NCBI GenBank assembly: GCA_050331735.1
Contig: JBHJGN010000001.1
Location: 64,001 to 128,000 of the forward strand
Origin: Cyanophyceae cyanobacterium
GTDB lineage: Bacteria > Cyanobacteriota > Cyanobacteriia > Cyanobacteriales > JBHJGN01
Reading direction: 5' to 3'
Length of the DNA stretch: 64,000 bases
Each line of letters begins with the position of its first letter. The stretch's first letter is position 1. The notes beneath the pieces are model-generated. The model did not search any database. It had not been told where the DNA came from and saw nothing but the letters and a program-made list of their open reading frames with translations. The position numbers and the translations under genes are program-made. This document shows, in pieces, positions 22,976 through 31,703 of this stretch.

Positions 22976-23881
22976 CTACTCGCCGCCGAGCAACCCTTCT
23001 TGCTCTAAAAACTCGCGGGCCACCTCATCCGGCTCGCGTCCGTTCCCCGCTACTTCCCAGTTGAGCCGCTGCATCGTATCCGCATCGAGCACCGCCGCTA
23101 CCTCATTGAGTCGCTCTGCTACTTCAGGATGCTCTGCTAAGGTATCTTGACGCACGAAAGCAGCAGCCGGGTAGGGAGGCCAAAAGTTTTTATCGTCTTC
23201 TAACACTACTAAATCGTAGGCAGCAATCTGTCCATCGGTGCCATACCCGCTAGTCACGTCGATTTCACCTTCTTCTAGCCCAGAGTACAGCAGCCCTGGA
23301 TCGAGGGTAACCACTTCTTCAAAATTGAAGCCGCCGTAGGTAGTTTGTAGTCCAGGCAAACCATCACCGCGCTCAGCAAACTCGAGATCGACTCCCAGGG
23401 TCAAATCGCTAGCTTTCTGCGAGAGTTCGCTAACGGTTTCTACGCCTAACTCGTTAGCCAAATCTTTAGGCATCACCAGAGCATAGGTATTATTGAAAGA
23501 AGTTGGCTCCAGCACAGCAACATCATACTCTTCTGCGTAGGTCTCTTTGACAACGTTGTAAACTTCTTCTCTCGTCATCTCGGGGTCAAATTCCTGACCA
23601 AGAATCGAAATCAGCGCCGTGCCCGTATATTCTGGATACACATCAATATCGCCTTCCACTAAAGCCGAATGATTTTCATCGGTTTGACCAATGGGGGTAT
23701 ATTCAGCATCAAATCCGGCATCATCTAAAACCATCTCGTACATATTGCCGAGAAGATATTGTTCTGTAAAAGATTTAGAGCCTATTTTAATTTCGTCGCC
23801 TGAGCCACCACCGCCGCAAGCCGTCGTTAAGCTAATCGAGGCTAAACCTAAAACCCCTAGAACTATTTGTCGCTTAAGCAT
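22976..23881 (-). CDS. Glycine betaine/osmoprotectant ABC substrate-binding lipoprotein (OpuAC/OsmF family)
   Basis: Lipobox LTTAC, GSKSFTEQ, DVYPEYTGT, NNTYAL, LEDDKNFWPPY. Confidence 0.88.
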   Translation of the reverse strand: MLKRQIVLGVLGLASISLTTACGGGGSGDEIKIGSKSFTEQYLLGNMYEMVLDDAGFDAEYTPIGQTDENHSALVEGDIDVYPEYTGTALISILGQEFDPEMTREEVYNVVKETYAEEYDVAVLEPTSFNNTYALVMPKDLANELGVETVSELSQKASDLTLGVDLEFAERGDGLPGLQTTYGGFNFEEVVTLDPGLLYSGLEEGEIDVTSGYGTDGQIAAYDLVVLEDDKNFWPPYPAAAFVRQDTLAEHPEVAERLNEVAAVLDADTMQRLNWEVAGNGREPDEVAREFLEQEGLLGGE

Positions 23882-24278
23882 TCTTCTTTCCTCTTAACTT
23901 GACGCTGGTACTGTAGCCACATAAATACTGCCTGTCGTGAAAACTAGTATAGATCGTCAACAGCGACTCGTTATCGATCGTTAATTGCTGAGTGTTTAGT
24001 AGAAGCTGGAGTCGAACAAGGAAGAGTTGCTCCCGAAACCTTGAACAACTTAGCCTATCTCAACGCTGTCGACCTGCATTTAAACACTCTGACTAATACT
24101 CGGTAAGCCCCAATACTCAAAAAAAGCGTTGAATCTGACTGCCGTTTTAATAACTTCTTGCTACTGTTATCCCAGCGTTGACCATACTAGGATTTTTTAA
24201 TGGCTCCAAAAAAAATTCATGGCTGGCTATCCTAGCCCAAACGAAACTATAGTGAGGAGAGGGTGATGGCGGATAATT

Positions 24279-24851
24279 ATGTTGAACTTATTAGACAAAA
24301 AGCAGTTTTGGTCTTCTCCACAACGACGCTCATTGGCCTATTTACTCGGGCTGACTTCAGCCGTTGCCCTCTGTAGCTCGGGGATGCTATTGCCGTTACC
24401 TCAAGGTTGGGCCGGAATTTTGTTAGGCAGTTCTAAGCAAGCGCAAGCTTCCCCGCATCGTCCAATGACTCTAAAATCGTCTGCTCCCCAAAGCATTCAG
24501 CAATTAATAGAAAAACAGGCTAGAGGCTGGGAAAACGCCGACTCGAAGTCTATTATTGAGGATTTTGCTGAAGAAGCTCTCTTTGTTGTTCCCGGCTCTG
24601 TCTTTAAGGGCAGATCAGCTATTAAAGCCGCCGCAGAAGACTATTTTTCTCAGTTTTCTCAAACTCAAATTACTATCGACCGTATTGTGGTAAGCGGCAA
24701 TGAAGGAGTTGTGGAATGGCGCTGGAGCGATGTTAATGACCGAACGGGAGAGAAAACCTTGGCTGACGATGCCATTGTCTTTGAACTAGAAGACGGCAAG
24801 ATTAAGTATTGGCGCGAGTATATTGATACTCAGTCGCCTGCTCAAGAATAA
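24279..24851 (+). CDS. NTF2/SnoaL-like domain protein with N-terminal hydrophobic segment
   Basis: FAEEALF...GRSAI...DGKIKYWREYID pattern. Confidence 0.8.
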   Translation: MLNLLDKKQFWSSPQRRSLAYLLGLTSAVALCSSGMLLPLPQGWAGILLGSSKQAQASPHRPMTLKSSAPQSIQQLIEKQARGWENADSKSIIEDFAEEALFVVPGSVFKGRSAIKAAAEDYFSQFSQTQITIDRIVVSGNEGVVEWRWSDVNDRTGEKTLADDAIVFELEDGKIKYWREYIDTQSPAQE

Positions 24852-25087
24852 GCAAGACTTTTGAATCTGATTAAACGGAGTCTACCCGAGCTGGCGGGCT
24901 AGATGCTGATCGCTTTTGTCTGGCTGACACTTTGTTTAGCTCCTGCTCAGAGAATACGCTCAAAAAAACAAGAGTTTGTCCTGATCAAGCAGTACTGCAC
25001 TAGCGAAGCTTTCCCTTGCAAAGGACAAGTTGACCAATTTACTATATTGAGCAGACAGTAATTCCATTCAGAGTTTTAAAAAGTATC

Positions 25088-25633
25088 ATGGCAGAAGAAA
25101 ATTCCTCTAACGCAGAATCGCCAAAAACTGACGACAAGACGGCTGAAACGACCGCTAAGAAACAGGCTGGAACCGATGATTCTACAGCTAATAAACCTGC
25201 TACTAAACCAGCCGCTAAGAAACCATCTACCAAGGGCGGCAAGAAGGAGAAGCCTCCTGCTATTGAAGACAAACCTTTTACAGAATTTGTTGAGCAACAC
25301 TTTGTCCCTGCTCTTAAAGAGGCTTTTGCCGAACAGGGAGTCGAGGAGATTGACTTAAATTTTCTCAAGCAAAACCTCCCCAGCACCGTTATTAACTCTG
25401 ACGAACAGTGCTGGCAAGTAACGGGTAACTGGCAAAATGGACAGCGCCAGTTTATTCTGTATTTTCTGGAGGAAGATATCAAAGGGCCAAAGGCGTTTAC
25501 TTATGCCACCAATGGTTCTGCCCCAAGCACCATTGAATCATTTATGATTGACGAGCGTAAAGTCAATTTGGATTTGTTAGTTCTGTATACCCTCCAGCGT
25601 CTCAACGGGCAAAAGTGGCTGGTGCGAAATTAA
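25088..25633 (+). CDS. ndhV: DUF2996 family protein (NDH-1 subunit NdhV)
   Basis: EDKPFTEF, WQVTGNW, ESFMIDERK and QRLNGQKWL motifs. Confidence 0.75.
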   Translation: MAEENSSNAESPKTDDKTAETTAKKQAGTDDSTANKPATKPAAKKPSTKGGKKEKPPAIEDKPFTEFVEQHFVPALKEAFAEQGVEEIDLNFLKQNLPSTVINSDEQCWQVTGNWQNGQRQFILYFLEEDIKGPKAFTYATNGSAPSTIESFMIDERKVNLDLLVLYTLQRLNGQKWLVRN

Positions 25634-25715
25634 GGAGACGGCTGTATCCGAGCGCACTCTTTGCCTTGAGATTGCTTCTGTCTCTAAAATAACGCGGTTC
25701 CTGAGTGAAACCGAA

Positions 25716-26219
25716 TTAAAGCTCGAAGAAATCGTAAACAACGACTCCGGTATCCGAGTGATTGCCCACGCCGATATAGCCTTTTGTCAGCATCTCGTTG
25801 AGAGTCTGCTGAACTTCCTCAAAGCTTCCCCCGGTATCGATCACTCCTTGAGTCACAGAAAGTTTGCCGCCCCGTTTTTGAGCCGCTCGCGCTAGCTCGA
25901 CCATAAGCTGTTCCTGGCGAGGTAGCTGAACAGGACTCTGGGACGAAGCGGGCTGGAAAGGTTCTTGGACCTGAGCTGTTCCATAGCTTTGAGGAATGCC
26001 CGTTGAGGATAGACCGAGACGCTGCCGCACTCTGAGGTTGTGCTCGTCAACCATGCTGGGAATCAGCAGCAAATCAACAAGTTGACCGACTCCAAAAAGC
26101 CCCCAGGTGCAAAACCACAAAAATCCGCTGAGAAATTTCCGATTGTAGATGCGATGAAATCCAGCAAAACCTAAAAGCCAACAGAGCCAGAGTAGATAAC
26201 TAGTGCTAGAACGATTCAT
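25716..26219 (-). CDS. TM2/NINE-domain protein
   Basis: YLLWL...GFHRIY...TWGLFGVGQLVDLLLIP. Confidence 0.85.
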   Translation of the reverse strand: MNRSSTSYLLWLCWLLGFAGFHRIYNRKFLSGFLWFCTWGLFGVGQLVDLLLIPSMVDEHNLRVRQRLGLSSTGIPQSYGTAQVQEPFQPASSQSPVQLPRQEQLMVELARAAQKRGGKLSVTQGVIDTGGSFEEVQQTLNEMLTKGYIGVGNHSDTGVVVYDFFEL

Positions 26220-26407
26220 TGTTAATGAACGAGAAAGGGCTGTTGTCGCAGTTAGAAAAATTGGTAAGCAGCTTCAGGACACAGAACGTCTTAACATAGA
26301 TGAAAGGCTGCTTGTACTTTAGTTTATATTCTAAGTCTTTCTTTTCTGTTAGAGATTCTAGAAAACAGAGAAGGTTGAGGGGTCTTAACTTATTTTCATA
26401 TAGCTAG

Positions 26408-26800
26408 TTGACCATGCAGGTATTTGTTTTACTGTTTAACGCCCAAACCGAAAACGAAGGGATTCATACCGTTCAATCGGGCGAACACAACAAAGTATTG
26501 ATGTTTGAATCAGAGGACGATGCAACTCGTTTTGCCCTGTTGCTCGAAGCGCAAGATTTCCCGACTCCGACCGTTGAAGCCATTGATTCTAAAGACGTAG
26601 AAGAGTTTTGTCTTGGGGCTGGTTACGAGTGTGAACTGATTCGAGAAGGAATGTTAGTTATTCCACCAGAGGCCAACGTTGAAAAAACCGACTGTTCTAC
26701 TGAAGCAGACGCCCAGACCGCAGAAGCGACAGTCGATGAATCAGAATTAAGCAACGAGCAGCTCGAGCAAATTCGTCGTCAGTTAGAAGGGCTACTCTAG
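26408..26800 (+). CDS. DUF3110 family protein
   Basis: VFVLLFN..TENEGIH...VLMFESEDDATRFALLLEAQDF. The start may be ATG at 26414. Confidence 0.85.
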   Translation: MTMQVFVLLFNAQTENEGIHTVQSGEHNKVLMFESEDDATRFALLLEAQDFPTPTVEAIDSKDVEEFCLGAGYECELIREGMLVIPPEANVEKTDCSTEADAQTAEATVDESELSNEQLEQIRRQLEGLL

Positions 26801-26837
26801 TCTGACCAAGGCATTCGAGCAGCAAAAGTGAGGTAGG

Positions 26838-27755
26838 ATGAATATAGACAGAGGTCATCTGCTCACGGAGCAGATTAATCCCAACAGCCACAATCTCGAT
26901 CGGCTCACTGCGCTAGAGTTAGTCGAACTATTCAACCGCGAGGACGCGCACACAATCGAGGCCATTGCTCATGCTAAAGAGGCTCTGGCTGAAGCGATTG
27001 AGGCGATCGCTTGCGCTCTGCGCCGGGGAGGACGTTTATTCTATGTGGGGGCTGGAACCAGCGGACGCTTGGGGGTTTTGGATGCAGCAGAATGTCCGCC
27101 AACCTTCTGTACCCCTCCTGAAATGGTGCAGGGAATGATTGCCGGGGGAGCCGCGTCTTTAGTGAAAAGCTCAGAAAGTTTGGAGGACCGCGCTGAAGAT
27201 GGAGCCGCAGAAATCGAGCAGCGACAGATTACGGACTCCGATGTTGTCGTCGGCATTAGCGCTGGCGGCACTACCCCATTTGTGCGGGGAGCCGTGGAGG
27301 CTGCCAAGGAACGCGGAGCGACAACGATTTACATTAGCTGCGTTCCTGTGGCCCAGGTCAGCCATCGCGCCGACATTGATATTCGCCTGCTCGTCGGACC
27401 GGAAGTATTAGCCGGGTCTACGCGCCTCAAAGCCGGAACCGCGACAAAAATGGCCCTCAACATTCTGTCAACGGGAGTGATGGTGCGTTTAGGGAAAGTG
27501 TACGGCAACCGCATGGTAGATGTTTCCGTGACCAACAGCAAGCTGCGCGATCGCGCTCTGCGCATTCTGCAAGAGCTGACAGAGCTCGACCGCCCAGCAG
27601 CCGAACACCTGCTCGAGCGCAGCGGACTGCGGGTGAAGCTGGCGCTGCTGATGCACTGGTGCCATCTCGACGCTAGCCGAGGCGATCGCCTACTCCAGGA
27701 GCATGGTGGCAATCTACGCGCGGCTTTACAAGCTCAGCGGAGTCATGAGAATTAG
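26838..27755 (+). CDS. murQ: N-acetylmuramic acid 6-phosphate etherase
   Basis: GAGTSGRLGVLDAAECPPTF and GSTRLKAGTA. Confidence 0.96.
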   Translation: MNIDRGHLLTEQINPNSHNLDRLTALELVELFNREDAHTIEAIAHAKEALAEAIEAIACALRRGGRLFYVGAGTSGRLGVLDAAECPPTFCTPPEMVQGMIAGGAASLVKSSESLEDRAEDGAAEIEQRQITDSDVVVGISAGGTTPFVRGAVEAAKERGATTIYISCVPVAQVSHRADIDIRLLVGPEVLAGSTRLKAGTATKMALNILSTGVMVRLGKVYGNRMVDVSVTNSKLRDRALRILQELTELDRPAAEHLLERSGLRVKLALLMHWCHLDASRGDRLLQEHGGNLRAALQAQRSHEN

Positions 27756-27767
27756 TAACTATTCTGA

Positions 27768-29291
27768 TTGAGCCTTCCGCTCTTAGCAACCACCATACCA
27801 GCAAAAACCATGTTTAACGGATCGCAGTCAACAGCAGTGCTTTTCATTCTCCTCGTCGTCGCCATTCAGGTCTGGGGCTTTAACCGCGCGCGAGCCTACG
27901 GCAAGCCAGGCATCTTAGCCTGGCTCCAGTCTGTTGTTCTGTTAGCCCCTTGGGTGGTTTTCTTTGGCCTACTGGCTGCCGGAATTTATATTAATATTGT
28001 GGGCATTATCTTTTTGCTGGTGGCCTCAGCAGGAGCCTACATTTGGATCGGTAGACAGGTGAGGACAGCCGGTCAAGAGCGTCTGAAAGAACAGGCTGTA
28101 CATGAACCCACAGCAGAACTGCCACAGCCTCCCACCGAAGCAGAAACAGTCGCTCCTGAGTCGGAAGTACCGCCGATTGATGCGGGCGATCTCAAGCTGA
28201 TTCAAGGAATTTTTGGGATCGATACCTTTTTTGCCACTGAAACCATCGCCTATCAAGAAGGGGCAATTTTTAAAGGTAATCTGCGGGGAGACCCCGAGAC
28301 CGTTCATTCCCGTCTTTCGGCTAAGCTTCAACAACTCTGGGCAGACAAATATCACCTGTTTCTGGTAGAAAGCCCAGAAGGCAAGCCAGTCGTGATTGTG
28401 CTTCCCAGCAGCAACGGTCCTCAGCCCGCTACCCTGGCTCAAAAAAACTTGGCGCTGGTGCTGCTAGTGGCAACGGTGGCAACCACTCTAGAAGCGGGTG
28501 GTTTACTGCTAGGCTTCGACTGGTTTAGCGAACTGGGACGGTATCAAGAAGCCCTGCCCCTGAGCCTAGGACTGTGGAGTATCCTCCTCGCCCACGAACT
28601 CGGCCATTTTTTCGTAGCCAAGCGTTATCAGGTACGCCTGAGCCTCCCCTATTTTCTCCCTAGCTGGCAAATCGGTTCGTTTGGAGCGATCGCTCGCTTT
28701 GAGTCACTGCTCCCCCATCGCACCGCTCTCTTTGATATCGCTTTAGCGGGTCCAGCCTGCGGCGGCATCGTTTCCCTCGTCCTCTTTGTGATCGGCTTGC
28801 TGCTGTCCCGTTCAGGAAGTTTGTTTCAAGTGCCGACCCAATTATTTCAGGGATCGATTTTAGTCGGAGGATTGGCGCGAGCTGTTTTAGGGTCCGCCTT
28901 AGAAAAAACGCTGGTCGATCTGCATCCGCTGACGGTGATCGGCTGGCTCGGTCTGGTGATTACGGCTTTAAATCTCCTGCCTGCGGGCCAGCTCGATGGC
29001 GGGCGCATTCTTCAGGCCATTTATGGACGCAAAGTGACCAGGCGCGCAACAATCGCTACCCTCGTCGCCCTCGGCATTGTGGCGCTGATCAATCCGAATA
29101 ACCCGATTCCCCTCTACTGGGGCATTGTGATTCTGTTTTTGCAAAGAGACTTAGAAAGACCGAGCCTCAACGAACTCACCGAACCCGATGATGCCAGAGC
29201 TGCCTGGGGATTACTGGCCCTCTTCCTGATGCTCGCGACGCTCATTCCTCTCAGTCCAAGTTTAGCGGGTCGTCTGGGGATTGGAGGCTAG
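27768..29291 (+). CDS. Site-2 (M50) intramembrane metalloprotease
   Basis: HELGH and NLLPAGQLDGG motifs; multiple TM segments. Start uncertain. Confidence 0.92.
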   Translation: MSLPLLATTIPAKTMFNGSQSTAVLFILLVVAIQVWGFNRARAYGKPGILAWLQSVVLLAPWVVFFGLLAAGIYINIVGIIFLLVASAGAYIWIGRQVRTAGQERLKEQAVHEPTAELPQPPTEAETVAPESEVPPIDAGDLKLIQGIFGIDTFFATETIAYQEGAIFKGNLRGDPETVHSRLSAKLQQLWADKYHLFLVESPEGKPVVIVLPSSNGPQPATLAQKNLALVLLVATVATTLEAGGLLLGFDWFSELGRYQEALPLSLGLWSILLAHELGHFFVAKRYQVRLSLPYFLPSWQIGSFGAIARFESLLPHRTALFDIALAGPACGGIVSLVLFVIGLLLSRSGSLFQVPTQLFQGSILVGGLARAVLGSALEKTLVDLHPLTVIGWLGLVITALNLLPAGQLDGGRILQAIYGRKVTRRATIATLVALGIVALINPNNPIPLYWGIVILFLQRDLERPSLNELTEPDDARAAWGLLALFLMLATLIPLSPSLAGRLGIGG

Positions 29292-29338
29292 AAACAGTGA
29301 CCAGTGGCCCATCAACAATCAACAATTAACAGCATTCA

Positions 29339-30460
29339 ATGACCCCGGAAATTTCAACGGTAGATGTGTTGCAGCTCGCTTCTGGCGATCGCCTACAGAT
29401 TCAGATATACCAGTTTAAGGGAGCGCAGCCGGGCAAGAAAGCCTACCTCCAGGCTAATCTTCACGGAGCGGAAATCGTTGGCAATGCGGTGATTGAGCGT
29501 CTGATTCAGTTTTTAGGAACTTTAACGGCTGAACAGCTCGTTGGGGAAATTTGGCTAGTTCCGGCGTGTAACCCTGTGAGCACCAATCAGCGCTCTCACT
29601 TCTTCTCAACGGGGCGCTACAATAGCTACGATGGCAAAGACTGGAACCGCATTTGGGACTATGAAGCAGGGGACATTCAAACTTTTGCTCAAGCTCACCT
29701 CGATTTAGATCCAGAAGAGATTAGAACCCGGTATCTATCTCAGCTCAAAGGCATCTTTCAACAGCAATTAGCAGACATTCAGCGCCCGAGCAGCGTTGAG
29801 TATGGTCAGTACTTCCGCTTCCAGCTTCAGTCGCTCTGTTTAGATGCTAACTACGTCATCGATCTGCATAGCTCTAGCAACCACGGCATTGACTATCTTT
29901 ACTGCTTTCACAGTCGCGAAGCCAGCGCTCCGTATTTGCTCCTGGAGTACGGCATTTTGATGAAGGAGTACGATGGCATTTCCTTTGATGAAGCGTTTAT
30001 GAAGCCGTGGTTAGAGTTAGAAGCCCAGTTCGCTCAGTTGGGCCACCCGGTTCGGTTTGATGTTGAATCGTGGACTTTGGAGCTCGGGACAGGCATGCAG
30101 CTTAATCCTATATCGGTGGACAAGGGAGTGGCTGGGATTAAGAACTATCTGATTTACAAAGGAATGCTCGCCATCGCTGATTCTCATCCCTTAGCTTCAA
30201 CCGCCATCACGCTGGTTGAAAAGAGTAGGCTGAAGAAGTATTACGCGCCCACTGGCGGCATGATTCAGCATAGAGTCCCGCTTAGGAAGACTGTTCAGGC
30301 TGGAGAAAAACTTTACCAAATTCTCAGATTTTCCCTAGGGCAGTTGCCAATCGTCGTGGACGTTTGTGCCGAGCAAGATGGCTTAGTCTACGATGTTTCT
30401 ACTAACGAAGCCGTCAATCAAGGAGAATACGTTTTGTCTATGATGAATGCCAGGAATTAA
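29339..30460 (+). CDS. Succinylglutamate desuccinylase/aspartoacylase family protein
   Basis: HGAE, DWNR, DLHS and ELG motifs. Confidence 0.87.
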   Translation: MTPEISTVDVLQLASGDRLQIQIYQFKGAQPGKKAYLQANLHGAEIVGNAVIERLIQFLGTLTAEQLVGEIWLVPACNPVSTNQRSHFFSTGRYNSYDGKDWNRIWDYEAGDIQTFAQAHLDLDPEEIRTRYLSQLKGIFQQQLADIQRPSSVEYGQYFRFQLQSLCLDANYVIDLHSSSNHGIDYLYCFHSREASAPYLLLEYGILMKEYDGISFDEAFMKPWLELEAQFAQLGHPVRFDVESWTLELGTGMQLNPISVDKGVAGIKNYLIYKGMLAIADSHPLASTAITLVEKSRLKKYYAPTGGMIQHRVPLRKTVQAGEKLYQILRFSLGQLPIVVDVCAEQDGLVYDVSTNEAVNQGEYVLSMMNARN

Positions 30461-30469
30461 AACTGCAAA

Positions 30470-31408
30470 GTGGAGCACAGCGATTTGACGGATACAGTTA
30501 TTCCGATGGCCCCAGAGGGGTTTAAATCCGGATTCGTCGGAATTGTGGGACGACCCAACGTGGGGAAATCGACTCTCATGAATCAACTGGTGGGGCAGAA
30601 AATCGCCATCACCTCTCCCGTTGCTCAGACGACGCGCAACCGCCTCAGAGGAATTTTGACCACCGACCGCGCCCAGCTCATCTTTGTCGATACCCCCGGA
30701 ATCCACAAACCCCACCACGAACTCGGTAAGGTGCTGGTTAAAAACGCCCAGAGAGCGATCGCCTCGGTGGATGTGGTGCTGTTGGTTGTTGACAGTACCG
30801 GGGTTGCCGGAGGCGGCGATCGCTTTATTGTCGATCTGCTCAAGCAGTCTTCTGTTCCGGTGATTCTTGGTCTCAATAAGTCGGATCTCCAGCCAGCCGA
30901 GTATCACCCCATCGATGATACCTATCGGCAAATTGCCGAGGAACACAACTGGTCTATTGTCAAGTTTTCCGCCTTGACAGGAGCCGGACTAGCATCGCTT
31001 CAGCAACTCCTGAGCGACCGTCTCGAACCAGGCCCCTATTACTATCCTCCCGATTTAGTGACTGACCAGCCAGAGCGGTTTATTATGGGCGAACTGATTC
31101 GAGAACAAATCCTGTTGCTGACCCGTCAAGAAATTCCCCATTCAGTCGCCATCACCGTAGAAAAAGTTGAAGAAACCCCCCGCATTACCCGAGTTTTTGC
31201 CGCCATCAACGTTGAAAGAGACTCTCAAAAAGGCATTCTCATTGGTAAAAAAGGCAGTATGCTCAAAGCCATTGGCACTCAAGCAAGAGAGCAAATGCAA
31301 AAGCTCATTGCCGGAGATGTCTATCTTGAGCTATTTGTCAAAGTTCAGCCGAAGTGGAGACAGTCGCGGTTACGCCTAGCCGAACTCGGCTACCGAGTTG
31401 AAGACTAG
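30470..31408 (+). CDS. era: GTPase Era
   Basis: GRPNVGKST, QTTR, DTPG, NKSD and a KH domain. Confidence 0.97.
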   Translation: MEHSDLTDTVIPMAPEGFKSGFVGIVGRPNVGKSTLMNQLVGQKIAITSPVAQTTRNRLRGILTTDRAQLIFVDTPGIHKPHHELGKVLVKNAQRAIASVDVVLLVVDSTGVAGGGDRFIVDLLKQSSVPVILGLNKSDLQPAEYHPIDDTYRQIAEEHNWSIVKFSALTGAGLASLQQLLSDRLEPGPYYYPPDLVTDQPERFIMGELIREQILLLTRQEIPHSVAITVEKVEETPRITRVFAAINVERDSQKGILIGKKGSMLKAIGTQAREQMQKLIAGDVYLELFVKVQPKWRQSRLRLAELGYRVED

Positions 31409-31630
31409 CGCCGCAGGCGCGGGAAAAGGGGAAAAAGTTGCTCCGCAACGGGGAAAGGGGAAATTATTGAGCTTATTTCTTAGCTCTGTGTTCTTTTGCT
31501 GTCCCGCACCGGACAGATTTCCCCTTCCCCGTCCCAACCGGGACAATTTCCCCTTTTCCCTTTCCCCATCGCGGAGCGATTTCCCCCTTCCCCGTCCCAA
31601 CCGGGACAATTTGCCCGCGCCTGCGGTGCT
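31407..31630. repeat. Miniature inverted-repeat element built from purine/pyrimidine tracts and small hairpins
   Basis: Ends AGCGCCGCAGGCGCGGG (31407-31423) and CCCGCGCCTGCGGTGCT (31614-31630) match at 16/17 positions as an inverted repeat. Internal direct repeat CCCCTTCCCCGTCCCAACCGGGACAATTT occurs twice. Confidence 0.75.
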
Positions 31631-31703
31631 TCTTTACCAAAATTAATTATTTAAATGGTATTTCCGGGCGTAATCCTGGGTACGTTAGCTCTAGCTTCAA
31701 GGG

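Noticed and set aside
31407..31630. CRISPR array or the overlapping short ORFs (31376-31646)
   Set aside because: Only two irregular direct repeats, no unique spacers of constant length and no cas genes. The ORFs are low-complexity repeat translations. The same applies at 41732-42052.
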